NCBI RefSeq assembly: GCF_009914755.1
Contig: NC_060928.1
DNA from: the human T2T-CHM13v2.0 reference genome, Homo sapiens
DNA length: 64,000 bases
Reading direction: 5' to 3' (one strand)
Part shown: positions 1 through 18,200 of the stretch, one piece after another
Layout of the letters: the number at the start of each line of letters is the position of its first letter
How positions within the stretch are numbered: position 1 is the stretch's first letter
Notes under the pieces: model-generated
Seen by the model: only the letters and a program-made list of their open reading frames with translations
Database searches by the model: none
Told to the model about the DNA's origin: nothing
Program-made: the position numbers and the translations under genes

Positions 1-69
1 CCGGTGATGGAGCTGCTGGGCCCGCAGCCTGGGATCCTCCTCAGTAACCTCGGCCTCTGAGTCCCGGAG
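1..69 (-). CDS. C4orf50: C4orf50 coding exon 7 (partial, runs off left edge): LRDSEAEVTEEDPRLRAQQLHHR
   Basis: Minus-strand acceptor gatttccgcAG at 71-70, phase 0, matching the phase-0 donor of the 2478-nt exon; 23 open codons; (M)LRDSEAEVTEEDPRLRAQQ is recognised as the C-terminal region of C4orf50. Confidence 0.9.
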
Positions 70-1061
70 CTGCGGAAATCACAGATTTGAATGAAATGTT
101 TAGGTTATCCTTCAAGCAATTTGCCTTAGCCAACAAACGGTACCCGTTTCCCCACTCCGTAGTTTTTTTTTTTGTTGTTGTTGTTTTCCTGCTTATATTT
201 CTCTTACAGTAAGTTTTAGAAGATAAGGTAGCAGAAATCACTCCCAATCTGATTATCCTGTAGAATCTTTATTATCCATAGATTTTCTGCAGATTTCCTG
301 CTAAGTCCCTAGACACGTGCATGTATAGGAGTGGGTGGTTCTGCTTGGTTTCCGGAGGTGGGTGTTGGGGAGGGCCTGGAGAGTCCCAGAATAACAGCCT
401 GGAATATTAGCTTCAAAAATATGTGCAGTGGGGTGGCATTCCAGAATCTGCTGTAATAGATGCCAGTCACTGTTATACTGAAACAGTGTGATGAGTGAAA
501 TTGAATGTTCCAATCAAATTATGAGATGCCTATTATGCTAAAGCATAATATATTTATATGAAACAGAAGATACTGTGTCTCCCACAGGCACTTTTCTTAA
601 ATGAATACACAATTGCCTGTCACTCTTCTTGGATCTAACATGAGATTAGCGGGTTTCATTCAGATGCCAAAGGGAATTTCTGGGAGGAAGGACAGTGAGA
701 GGGAACAGGCTGGCTTTGCATTGTGGGAAGTGTGGCAAAATGGGAGAGGTGCTACTGCCCCCAAATGGTTTTGAAGTCTAAATTCTTATTTTTTTAAATA
801 ACTCACATACATATATACACACAAGCACACATAAACATACATACTAACACAGATTTTCTATATAAAATTTAAAATATGATATATTTGTTTTCTGCTTTTC
901 TCCCTTAACACCGTGTTCTGGGCGTTTTTCCATATTACCAAATAATGTTGAAAATGCTGTTATTAGTATATACGCAGCCTCCTGTGGCCGTGCTGAACAC
1001 TCGGATTATTCTAACATCTTGCTGTTATAATTGGAACTGTGACAAAGGCCCTTGTACATAA

Positions 1062-1522
<461 letters not shown>

Positions 1523-4500
1523 TAGGAGCCCAGAAACTCAAACGCTTCTCAAACTCCCTTCCCCCTTGTGATGGCAGTTCCCTTTTCCTGTAAGGCAGCT
1601 TCCCTGGGAATTGTAAGGCCCCCAAAACTCATCCCGACCTAGCAGGGGTAGGTAGGAGGGGGAACCCAAGCTACCCTGCTTGGGAAAAAGAGACGAGGGA
1701 GAAGAGGAGGAGAAGGAAGAATTCAGGTGACTCCAGGGCTGCTGGGGCATCTCTCGTAATAAAATATACAATAGCAGAAGATTTTTTTTTTAATTAATAG
1801 AAATATACACGACATGGGCCTGAGATGCACGGGCTGGGCCGTGTTAAGAACAGATGGGTGCTCTGAATGGTCCCGTAAAATTCAGCTTCAAGACGTCAAA
1901 ACAACTTGGCCTTTCTGGGAAGTACATTGCCTCCTCTACCTCCCTCCTCTGGCAGTGACTTGGACCAGAGCTTCGTCTCATGGGTCCTCAGAGAGCACCA
2001 AGGTATCCTCTAAAGAGAATGGCTGTGCGGTGGGGGGTGGGCAGCCTGCTGTCCCATGGGATCACCCCACACAGCAGCCCTGTGAGCTGCCCAGAGAGTC
2101 TCCTGCTGTCTAGCAGACATCATGAGCACATGGGCAGGGTGTACGCTGGCCTGAGATGGGCGGTGGTGACGCTGCCCTCCAGGAGCTCAGGCGGGTGTGG
2201 AGAATGACAGGCAGGTAGTTCAACATTCAATACAGCCTGATAAAGGGAAGCCAGGAGGCTGTGATGACCTGAAGGGGGCACTGAACAGAGACATCATCCA
2301 GTTGGGGGGTGGCAACTGTACAACAACCACATCTGGGTTGGGGGGACAGTACCAATTTGTAGCATTTGCCAGTTTCCATGGCGTGAATATTCCCACCATG
2401 ACTGACTGCAAGCTACCAAAATGGTATCATTGAAGGCAGAGTTGGGAGGAGACACACATGAGCTGGGAGGAGACACACATGAGTAGGCTCTGACTCATCT
2501 CTGCACAGAACCAGCCTGGGGGTGGGGGGAAGCTTTCTGGAGGAGAGGCCCCCCAGCAGGAGACCTAGAGGAGAAAGCTGGGTGCAGGGAGAGGTGGATG
2601 AAGAAGGTGAAGAATGAGGGCAGAGGTGGCAGCATGGAGTGTGGAGGCTGGGGGTATAAGCAGCAACAGTGGAAGCTCCCGAGAGTCTCAGGGGCCAGAG
2701 CACTGCTCACTGTAGGAAATTTGGATCTCATGCCGAGTGCAGTAGGAAGCCACAGAGGGTTTTCGGTCAAAGAGTAATACATCAGGTGTTGGTGACTTCT
2801 GCTCTATCACCAAGTCCCGTGGACTCCAGCTCCACTTTTCACTGCAAATTCCTCAACCCCAGTGTCACCTCTTGGCTATCCAGCCACCGACTCCTCTCAG
2901 CTGTTCTCCTTCAATCCACCCGAACCATTGTTCTTAGAGCAGACAGATCTTTTCACGGTATAAACTGGGTCACATCATTCTGCTCAAAACCCTCTGTTGG
3001 CTTCCTACCACATCTAGAAAAGATCCAAACAAGGGCCTGCAAGCCTTCTGCAACCTGCCTTGTGACAGCTTCTCCAACCTCATCTCACACCACACCCTTC
3101 CTTGCCCATTGGAATCCAGCCACGCTGACTACTTTCTGTTTTTCCAATGAGCCAGCCTCTGTCCTGCCTCAAGGCCTGGCCGCTCGCTTTTCCCTCTACC
3201 TGGAATGCTCTTCCTCGCTGCTCTTTTCTAACCTTCGAAGTCTCAGCTCAACATTCAACTCCTCAGATTTCCACACTCCTACTCACTGGTATTGGACAAC
3301 TATAGAATCTGGGGAGAATATATACAAGTAATGCTTTGCAGGCATTGGAAGATGACTAGTACAGGGTCACAATCCTTAAGAAAAAGCCTGCACAACAAGG
3401 CAGGCTCCACATTTTCCCTGGGTTTCTCTCTGAAATATTTTCCAAACAATGGTCTCGAAAATAGAGCCCAAGCTGAAAGTGTTGGTCCTGCTAGATGGAG
3501 AAATAGAGCTTGGAGTTTAAGGATGCTAAGACTGCTGGTGTTTGTGGGACAAAGTAACAGGGAAGAGATAGCTGCAGAGAATGAAAGTCCAAATACTGTC
3601 CTAGAAATGCCCCTTGGGTCCTTGGCTGAATCACAAGCTATGTGACACAGTAGAAGACTCTAAGCCTTGCAAAGAACAGCAGCTTGGAGGTTAATTGGTG
3701 AAGAGATGTCACAGGTCACACACTTCTGAGAAGATTGCAGAGTTCTGGCAAAGCCAAAATGGAGAGCACTTGGTGAATGCTGTGGAACTCAGCTGATATC
3801 ACTGAGAGGCCATGCCCTAAGAGCAAGGGCCTCACCTTAGGAGTAATATCAAGCCCTACTAGGTCTGAGGGCAAAACTTAAATAGGCCTACACAAGAATA
3901 AGATGATCTGCTGATCACGCAACTATCTGCCAGAATAAAATTCACTCAACATTCTTTGGAGAAAGACAATAATCAGGAATCTTCATAAAATATTATACAC
4001 AATGTCCAACATAAAAGTTTTTGAAATTCCTAGACATGAAGAAGCAGAAAAATGTGACTGTTCACCATTAAACAAAATAGTCAATAGGAGCAGGCAAAGA
4101 GATGATCCAAATATTGGTGTTAGCAGCAAAAACAAAACAAAACCAAACCCCTCAAGGTCTTCAAAATAATTATGATCTATGTATTTTTTAAAACATAGGA
4201 AAAATAAAGAAAATGGATGTACAGATGGACTATTTCAACGGAGAACCAGAATCTCTTTTTAAAAGAATAAAATTGATATTCTAGAACTGCAAAATACAAT
4301 AAATGAAATTAAGAACTCATTGAATAGATTTAACAGAAGGTGGGACATGGTAGAATACAGGATTAGTGAACTAAAAGAGAGGTCAATAGAAAATGCAAAC
4401 AGAAACACACATTTTTTAAAACTGATACAGGATTTTTGAAAGATGTGAAATAAAGCCAAAAAGTCTGAATTTCTAGAAGGAGAGGAAAGAAAAATAGAAC

Positions 4501-5417
4501 AGAATGAAATATTTGAAGAAATAATGATCAAGAATTTTCTAAGTCTGACAGAAAAGACAAAAATACACAAGTTCAAGAAGCTAAAAAAAAAAACCAAACA
4601 AAAAAATTAAAACAAGCAGGACAAAAACAAATAAAACCATATCTAGGCACATTATAGTGAAGCTGCCAAAACTCAAAGATAAATAGGAAATTATAAAAGC
4701 AGTCAGAGATAAAACAACACATTTATTTTAGGGGGAGTGAGGGAGAAAAACAATGACAATTATGACTGATTTCTGGACAGAAACTATGAGAGGCAGAAGA
4801 CAATGGAATGAGATCTTTAAAGAGCCAAAAGAGTGAAATACCTGGCTACCTAAAATTCAGAATCCAATGGGAAGAAAAAAAATTTAATGAAGGTTAAAAA
4901 ATTGTTTTCATAAAAAGAAATATGAGAAAATTAATCACCAGAAAATTATCACTACAAAAAATCCCACAGTTCTTAGGGCAAAAGGAAATCAGAGCCACAG
5001 AAGAGTAAGAAAGAAAGAACAGAATAAGAACATGTAAAGATACGGGTAAATGAAAAATATATGATTGTTTAAAATAACAGTGGCTTATAAGATTTATTCT
5101 ACATAGGAGTAATATATAACAAAAATAAATAATAAAAAGTAAAAAGATTAAATGAAGTTAAACTATTGAAAAATTTTTATATTAATTGGGACATGGTAAA
5201 GAAAACTAATTTAAAGTAAATTTAAATAGTTACTAGATACATTTTTGAAATGCCAAGGGTAACCACTAAAAGAATAATACTAAAACATAAGCTAATGGAG
5301 AAAAAAAATAAATAACAAAATATAATTAATACCAAAAACAAAGGGAGGAAAGAAAGAATAAAAGAAAACAGAACAGATGAGACAAATAGAAAAAATAGTA
5401 AATAAATAAAATAAATT

Positions 5418-5723
<306 letters not shown>

Positions 5724-6163
5724 TTAAAGAACATTATAACATATAGATTTTAAATAACATAACTAAAAAGAGAAATACACAAATGCACACTCAGAGTGGA
5801 AGATTTTAAAACATGTCTTGGTTAATGACAAAACAAATAGACAACATATCAGCAAAGATAGAAGAGATTTTGTTAGGACAATTAACCAGCTTGGCCTAAT
5901 TGATATACAACAATCAAACAATGTTCATTCTTTACAAGGGTATGTGGGATATACTGTTGGCCATAGACCACAACCTGGTCAATAAAACAAGTCTCAACAA
6001 ATTTTGGAAGACTAAAATAATATACTGTATATTTTCTGACAGCAATGAAATAAAACTAGAAATCAAGGACAAATGTATAACTGAAAAACTCCAGAGATGC
6101 TTAGAAATCAAGCAACATATTTCTAAATAACCCAATGGGTCAAAGAAGAAATCATAATAGAAA

Positions 6164-6682
<519 letters not shown>

Positions 6683-6860
6683 GAACTGAACAGACTTCAT
6701 CTCAAAATGTGTGGGATGCTTAGAGAGAAATTTATAGCTTTAATTGCATAGATTGCAAAAGAAGAACAGCTGAAAATCAATGACCTAAGTTTTCAACACA
6801 AGCAGCAAGAAAAAGAACAGCAAATTAAATCAAAAGAAAGTGGGAGAAAGAATATAATAA

Positions 6861-7201
<341 letters not shown>

Positions 7202-7274
7202 TCAAATACAAACAATAAATAAAATCAATAAAAGTAAAAACAGATTCTTTGAAATGACTGATAACATTGTTGGG

Positions 7275-7450
7275 GGTGGGGAGGAAAGAGAGAAAGGAAA
7301 GAAGGAAGAGAGAGACAAAGAGAGAAAGAGGGAAAGGAAGGCAGGAGGGGGAGAGCAAGAGACAGAAAGATGGAGAAGGAGACACAGAGACAGGAAAGGA
7401 GGGAGAGAGGGTGGAGCGAGATGGGAGAGAGAAATAGAGATAGAAAATGG
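7275..7450. repeat. GA-rich low-complexity tract
   Basis: Nearly pure A/G on the plus strand. Confidence 0.8.
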
Positions 7451-7988
7451 AATGAATGAATGCCAGGGTCTCAACGCTAAATATCCTACACATGGTGAAG
7501 GCCACCGTAGGAACATTATGAGTGTTTTATCCCAAGACTCCCAACAGTCAAGAACTGTCCACAGATGAGGAGAGTGACTCAAGCGAAGTCTGCATGTGGC
7601 CTAAAAGTCACAGCTCTGAAAGCACAGAGCCGGGTTGGAACCTGGTTTTATCATGCTCTACAGTCCATTGTTCTTTTCATTGCAACTTTCAAGACCCAAT
7701 GTACAGAATTAGTACTTGGAGCACTTGAAAAACCCCAGGGTTGGAAAATGCAAGGGCTGATCTTAAAGTGTGAACACCCCGTGGGTGCCCTGCTGGAGTC
7801 TAAGAAGAGGGGCAGGCTTGAATCTCCCATAGCAGGTGGGAACAGAGATCCCGGGATCAGAGCACCCAGGTGTGAGTCCCTGCTCCATCCCTCACTGGCT
7901 ATGTGACTGCAGTGACTGCATTTCTCTGTTTTCTTTGTACCAACCTCCTCTCATCTGGTAAGTGGGGAGGATGATTGTACCTCCCTCA

Positions 7989-10556
<2,568 letters not shown>

Positions 10557-10954
10557 CTACGAATGGAGAGAGAAGATGAGGTGTGAAACAGCCCCTTCCT
10601 CCATTTAGCACCCCCACCTCCACTCACCTCCTGGGGTTCTCCGTGTTTCCTCACCAGCTGCACAGGGGACAAGCTCTTTCCCACACAGGACACAGCTGGT
10701 ACCGCCCCAGGGCCTTTGCACGTGCTCTTCGCTCTGCCCAGAATGTCCTTCCCCTAGATGCCCTCATGGCTCACTCCCTGGCTCCATTCACATCTCAATG
10801 CAAATGTGACTTCCTTGAAAAGGCCCTCCCTGACCGCTCTCCCTCACTCTCGGGCCATCCACCCTATGTCATCTTCTCCCACAGCACCCTCCATGCCCTC
10901 ACACCATATTATATATTTCTGTCTATATCATCTAACTCCCCCTATAGCCCTTCC

Positions 10955-11131
10955 CTGTCCAATCCACTAGTCATAGGCCACATGGAGCTCCTAAAATGTA
11001 AAGTAATTAAATCAAGGTTAACATTCAGTTCTACGGTGGCAATAGCCCCATGTGGCTCGTGGCTACTATCTTGGGCAGCGCAGATGCAGACTGTGAGCAG
11101 CGCTGCAGAAGGCTCTCATGGATGGGGCTGG
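10955..11131. mobile_element. hAT-Charlie DNA transposon remnant (MER3/MER33-like)
   Basis: ctgtccaat start and aatagccccatgtggctcgtggctactatcttgggcagcgcag resemble the MER3/MER33 consensus as I recall it. Confidence 0.5.
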
Positions 11132-12435
11132 TGCAGGCGGTCCACTCCCTGAGGACAGGACTTCATCTTTGTTCAACTCCTGGGCCTAGAACAGTGCTGG
11201 GCACACAGGAGGTGTTTCCTCCATATTTTTAATGTATTTTTATCTTCACTTATGTGATGTGTTTATCCAGAGAGGAGGAGCCCAGCTCACAGCAGAGGCC
11301 CCAGCTGGGCTGAGGGAGGCCTGAGGATGAAATTTGCCTTGAGCTAGGCTCACTGTGAGTCCCCAGGGGCTCCTCCCAGACCTGGCAGGCTGCAGGCAGT
11401 TCTCAGTGGAGCCCCTAGAATAGCTGGGAGAGGCTGAGCAGGTCTAAGACACAGAAGAGAAGGACAGAGGGAGCATCTCAAAGGACAGAGGGGGTCTGAG
11501 CCTTTGGAGGTTGATATACCAGCAGCAGAGCCCCCTCAGGCAGATGGGGCTTGAAGGCCAGGAGTGCTGCCCCTGCCTGGAGGGGCCACCGCATCCCTGC
11601 TCCCTGGAGCTGCCAGTGGGCAGCACCTCGTCCTCTGTTGTCTTTGCCTTTGTCTGCAATGTCCTTCCATCCAGACACCAAGGCACTGTCCCAGCTGCCC
11701 ACAGAGAAAAGAGCACTTGCCCCAGAGAGGTACAGACCTAGAGACCTGGCTTCAATCCTGGGTGTGACCTTGAGCAAGTTCCTTAACCTGCTGGAGCCTC
11801 AGCCACCTCACCTGTCAAATGGGGCACCTCCGTGTTCTAAGACATTGCCCTGGGCTTCAAGGGAAGGGGGTGGTGAGGAGCGAGGCATATAGGGATGTGA
11901 CGTCCAACAACAAAAATAAGAGATGCATCGTGAGCAGGACGTGAATGAATGAAGAGATGATGGAGGGCCTCTCTATTTACAACCACACAACCACAGCCGG
12001 GCTCGCGGGTCCCAGCACAGCTCTGTTCTTCAGGGATGAGAAAATGGAAGTGGAGAAAGGTTACGACTGCCTCAGCCTCAGAGCGAGCCATGGGAGGTGA
12101 GTTGGGACGCAGGCTCCTGACCCTCAGGGCCAGCATGGGGCAGTGTGGGCCGTCGAGCCTGGATCTCGGGGTCCACCTCCAAGCTGGGGACCTTGGGGAG
12201 TCACAGCAGCCCTTGGAGTCTCATCTCCTCTCCAGAGCAGAGGTGGCAGCAACACCTCGTGGGTGTCAGGAGGTGTCAACGAGATGAAGCCTGTTCCGTG
12301 GAAGCCCAGGCCTGGCACCCAGTTAACCCCCTTCCTCCCCACCCCCCATCCAGGTCTCAGGATGTTTCATTTCCTCTCCTCAAATCTCTCTCTCAAATAC
12401 TTCCAGAATGTTCTCCCAGACCTGGAGCTTCTTTA

Positions 12436-12687
<252 letters not shown>

Positions 12688-13205
12688 TTACAAAGATGCT
12701 CCCAGGGGCTCTGCCATGATCGCCTCTAGGGACCACGTCCCCCGGGCTTGGGTAAGATGGCACCCCCCCCACCCCCGACTGTGAGCCTCCCAAGGGCAGC
12801 CTGATGACCACCAGCACCTTGGTCAGGGGAGGAAGCTGAGGCTCAGAGACGTGAAATAGCCAACAGCAGGTGGGCAGAGACCCCAGGGCTCCATGCCACC
12901 TCTGCGGCCCACAGACTCCTGCACGGGACAAAATCCACCAAACCTTTCTAAGCCTCAGCGTCCTCATCTGTCAAACAGGGTATGAGCCTCACCCCAGCTC
13001 TGCACAGCTGGCATGAGGACACATCTGACCTGAGTCGACATGGCAGCTCTGCTCCCCAGAAATGAGATAAAGGGAAAACGCTGGTTGCATCAGTCAGCAG
13101 CACCACTGTGCTACACATATGGAGGATAATACCATCCCTAACAGCCCTTGAGGTTGGAGGGCTGGAAATAAACCACAGATGCCCAGTTGGCCGCCGTGGC
13201 TGTCA

Positions 13206-13622
<417 letters not shown>

Positions 13623-13989
13623 TCAGGGACAAGAGGCTTCTAAGCCCCAGCAGCTTCCAGACCTGCCAAGTGCGATTTTCACTGCCTCACACTGGAGGTG
13701 TCACCTGGGAAGTGGGGGGACAGGACGGCTCCTGGCCATCATACGGACTTCTGTGAAAGCATGTCCCTGCTGCCAACCTGCTGGCCTATGAGGCCCCCTG
13801 GCTGGCACCCTCCCGAGGGCCAAGGGTGTGAGCCTGTGTTCAGCTGAGCCCGAGCCAAAGGCCCCTGGTGGGAGTTGCATACTCTGATCCCACCTGCAGC
13901 AGCTGTGTGACCCTGATAGAGGGACCCTACCTCTCTGAGCCTCGATTCTTGTCTGTAGGGAGGGGGGACCACCCCCTCTCCCTGCGTCA

Positions 13990-14235
<246 letters not shown>

Positions 14236-14507
14236 TCAGTGTCCTGGCTGAAGTGTGTACTCCAAGCCCATCCCCAGGGGCCCCTCCCCAGAAGGGAGCT
14301 TAAGTCTCTTCCACAGGTGAGGAAACTGAGGCTCAGAGGGCAGAGAGCTCACAGCCTGGCAGCCCAGCCCCGGCCTTGTGCTTTTGGTTCACCAGGCCAA
14401 ACTGCCCTCTCTTAGCACTTAGACTCCTGTCCACAGACAACGAGGGCAGCGTTCAGTCCTCAGAGGAGTATGTCTGTCCAGCCAAGAAGCACCCAGATCC
14501 CCTAAAG

Positions 14508-14835
14508 CAGGGTCATGGACCAGACTGGTACAGTCCGTGGCCTGTTAGGACCTGGGCCGTACAGCAGGAGGTGAGCAGCAGGCGAGCAGGCATTACCGCC
14601 TGAGCTCCGCCTCCTGTCAGGTCAGCAACGGCATTTGATTCTCATAGAAGCGTGAACCCTATTGTGAACTGCGTAAGCGAGAGATCTAGGTTGGGTGCTC
14701 CTTATGAAAATCTAACTAATGCCTGATGATCTGAGATGGAACAGTTTCACCATGAAACTATCCCCCTCACCCCCTGCCCATGGAAAAAATGTCTTCCATG
14801 AAACCAGTCCCTGGTGCCAAAAAAGTGGACTGCTG
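14508..14835 (+). mobile_element. MER1 (MER1B-like) hAT-Charlie DNA transposon
   Basis: Perfect 8-bp TSD ccctaaag (14500-14507, 14836-14843); MER1-type interior ggcattaccgcctgagctccgcctcctgtcag and ccatggaaaaaatgtcttccatgaaaccagtccctggtgccaaaaa. Confidence 0.88.
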
Positions 14836-15201
14836 CCCTAAAGGGCACCAAAGGCTCCCAGCTCCACCCTTCCTGTGCAGAGGTCCAGGGCCTCCTCCCT
14901 GGGTGGGGGCAGTGAGTCACCCCGAACACAGCCCAGGGCACCCTAGAAGAAGGTACCCTTCCTGTGCAGAGGTTCTTTCCATGTCCCACCCAGGGAGGAG
15001 GGTGTCTGCCCAGGGGGTTTGGACCGTCCTGTCCTTCAACTGTCAATAAGCTCCAAATGCGACTGCCCGGTACCTTGGCAGCGCCCTGTCCCCTGGACTT
15101 CTCCACAGTGTGGAGCTTCCCCAGCTGCCGCCCTGCTGCAGGTCAGGATAATTCAGAGGCAGCTCCTTCCTCCCTGCCACAGGGGAGAGGCTTGGGACTG
15201 G

Positions 15202-15203
<2 letters not shown>

Positions 15204-15253
<50 letters not shown>
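15204..15253. repeat. (AC)25 microsatellite
   Basis: Perfect dinucleotide run. Confidence 0.98.
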
Positions 15254-15255
<2 letters not shown>

Positions 15256-18200
15256 AGCTGTCACCCACCACTCACCAGGGGCTGGGCACAGGTCTCCTCT
15301 GGGTTCCCACAGCCCTGGCTGCTTCCACTGCAGTGCTCCAGCCCGGTGCTGTTGGCTGCCTCACATACCTACTACTCCACTGGACTGTGAGCTCCTTTAG
15401 GAAGAGAACTTGGCTTCATTCTGTCTGCACCCTCATCCTAGCCTGTATACGGTAGGTGCTTAATAAATGTTTCATGATTGGGTGGACAGATAGAACCTGG
15501 GAAAAGTAGATGTTTTAGATTTACGAGTGCATTCATTCAGAAAACATTTATTAGGCTCCTGCTGTGTGCCAGGTGTGGCTCTAGGCCAGGAGAAAACAGA
15601 AGTGAACAGGTAAGTGCCCTGTCCCCTTCTCACTTGCTCCCCAGGTCCTCACCTTCTCTCAGCAGACCCAGCATCGGACTCCTGGCTGGTCCTCCTACCT
15701 CCTTCAGGTTCTTCTTGCAGCTACCAGGGAGACCCGCTGATCACCCAGGCTTCCCTTGGCTTCCCTCTGGCTACAGGGTCAGCACGAATGCTGAAATTAG
15801 GTGCTGGTGCCCATCTATGGGCTGTCATTGCTGCCTGGGCACCTTGTTCCCACCTCTGCAGCTTTGCGCCAGCTTCCCCTCACAGCAACCTGCTTGCCTG
15901 TTCCAGCGCGTCCGTGCTCTCCCCGGCCTCTGCACCTTCCCATATGCTGTTCCTGACACCTGGCTGTCACATCCTTCTTGGGAGGGGCCTGGATGACTTG
16001 CCTGCTGCAGGCAAAGCCTTCTCTGCTTGTTGCTCCAGGCCCCTCCCTTCCACGCACTGCTCAGCCCCCAGCGATGGCACTAAAATGGAAACTGGATCTG
16101 GTTGCTCCCTGCTTCTCACCCTTCGACGCTTCCTGTTACACTGAAAGAGAAACCCCCGCCGGCCTCACTGCCCCCACCTCCACCCCGCTACCACCACCCA
16201 CGTCTGTGCTCCTGGAAGGAACTCTTCTCCCCGCACCTCAGAGCCTTTGCACACTGTCTGGACCTCTCTTCCCACCCTCTGCCTGGTCAACCTCCTCCCC
16301 TTCTGGGACCTGCTTAAAGGCCGATCTTTAATGAGGCCTTCTTTGGCCTTCATCTCCTCCCACTCTGGGTTGGTGGCCTCCTGTTGATCTGTATGATGGT
16401 TTGGGTCTTGTCCATTTCTTCTCATAGGCCAGGGGCCTCAGCATGGGCCACATCATGGAGTCACCCAGAAGCTTTAAACAAGAACCAGTGCAGGAGCCTC
16501 AACCCAAACCTATTAACCCTGAGGGCCTGGGCAGCGACATCCTGTCCTGACAGCCACCTGCCTGCACCCAGAGGGCCTTGCTGGCTGCTGCAGCTGTCCC
16601 ACGTTCTCACGGTCCCATTCAGCTGCCTCTTGTCTTTATCCATTTGGTTCCCACTCAACCAGAATTGCACACTTTGTCAGCTGCTTAAAATCATCATTGG
16701 AGTGTGAGAGGGAAAAGAGAAAATGAGAGAGAAAGAAGGCATCAAAGAAACGAAGTGAAAGAAGGTGAATGACAAAGGAAAAGGAGAGGGAATAGGATAG
16801 GGAAAGGAAGAGACAGAAATTCAAAGTGAAAGCAGGAAGAGAGAGAAGTCGAAGGAAGAGGAAGGACTAGATAAATAGAAAAAGGGAGAGGCTGGGTAGG
16901 CAGCGTGGAGGCCACTCCGCAGCGCAGAAGGTAGAAATGGTTACTGGTGGTATATTTTTTGGATTGTTATCATACCCAGGCTGACTTCAATGCAATTCAA
17001 AAAATGCTCGCTGAGCATCTACTATGTGGCAGGCCCTGTTCTGGAGCTGGTGACACGGCCATGTATAAACATACCTAGATCCCTGCCTCGAGGAAGTGAC
17101 ATCCAGCGGACACAACCTAGAAGACAACGCTGTACTGAAACATTGCCCATTGTCTAGTTTACCCCTTCATGTCACAACCGATGAAGGCAGTACTCAGAGA
17201 GGGTGAGTCACTTGTCCAAGGTCACACAGTAAGTCGACAGGAGCACAGGAGCAGAGCTCAGGTTTCTAAACCTGATCTGGAACTTTCTGCCTCCCTGCCT
17301 GCTCTATCAGTCCATCCTACATTTCAACCCTCAAGAAAACATTTGCCTGTAACTTAATCTGGACTCAGCTTTCATGTGCAATTATAAGCAAAAAGAAGAA
17401 AATGAGAAATATCAGGATATCCGGGCATAAACATGAATGTGTTAGAGGCCCTTCTGGGCTTTTTTCTATGCCTAGACATTTTCCTATGCATAGACATTGC
17501 GAAAGTTCTATTTATACAAAATGTAAATTTTTACTTTGTGAATTTTGCATTTAATGATATAGAAGGATCATTTCTCTACAGGATCTTCTGCAGTGTGGTT
17601 TTTATAGCTAACTAATATTCTCTGCTATAAGGGAGAGGAAAAAAGGGAGATAGTTCCAGATCAAATCAATTCCCTCTTATTGGACAGTTGGGTTGTTACG
17701 AATTTTTACCAACTATAAGCAGAGCTGAGATAAACATGACTGTACATGACTCTTCTGCACCTCCAATCACTTTTTGGATATATTTGTGGAAGTCAAATGG
17801 CTGAGACTCAGGCATAGACCTTTTTTAAAGGCATTTAATACTTACTGCTTGACAGCCCTTCCAAAGGGATATGTTCATTTATACTCCTGATAGCTCAAAC
17901 ACCACACGGCTGCAGGCCCTTTTAACCTTTGACAGATGTACAGAAGAAAATGGGATCCTGAGATTTTTCTCACTGGCGTTATTTTTTAACTAATGGAGCT
18001 GTCCATATTTTTTTATTAAGACCACTGGCCATTTTGTACTTCCTTTTACATTATTTGCATGTTCATCCCTTTTGCCTATTTTATTTTTCGACATTATTGA
18101 CACTGCTTTTTTTTAAAAAGCTCTTGCTTGCTGCTGGAGAGAGAAACAAATGTGTAATACCCTGCTCTGCACAAAAGCAAGCAGTGAGCAAGGCTGCCTG

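Noticed and set aside
2443-2484. 21-bp tandem duplication tgggaggagacacacatgagY
   Set aside because: Ordinary two-copy slippage duplication with no sign of function.
2669-3331. 220-aa plus-strand ORF
   Set aside because: Non-ATG start, lies over decayed L2/L1-like repeat sequence, no recognisable protein features or splice support.
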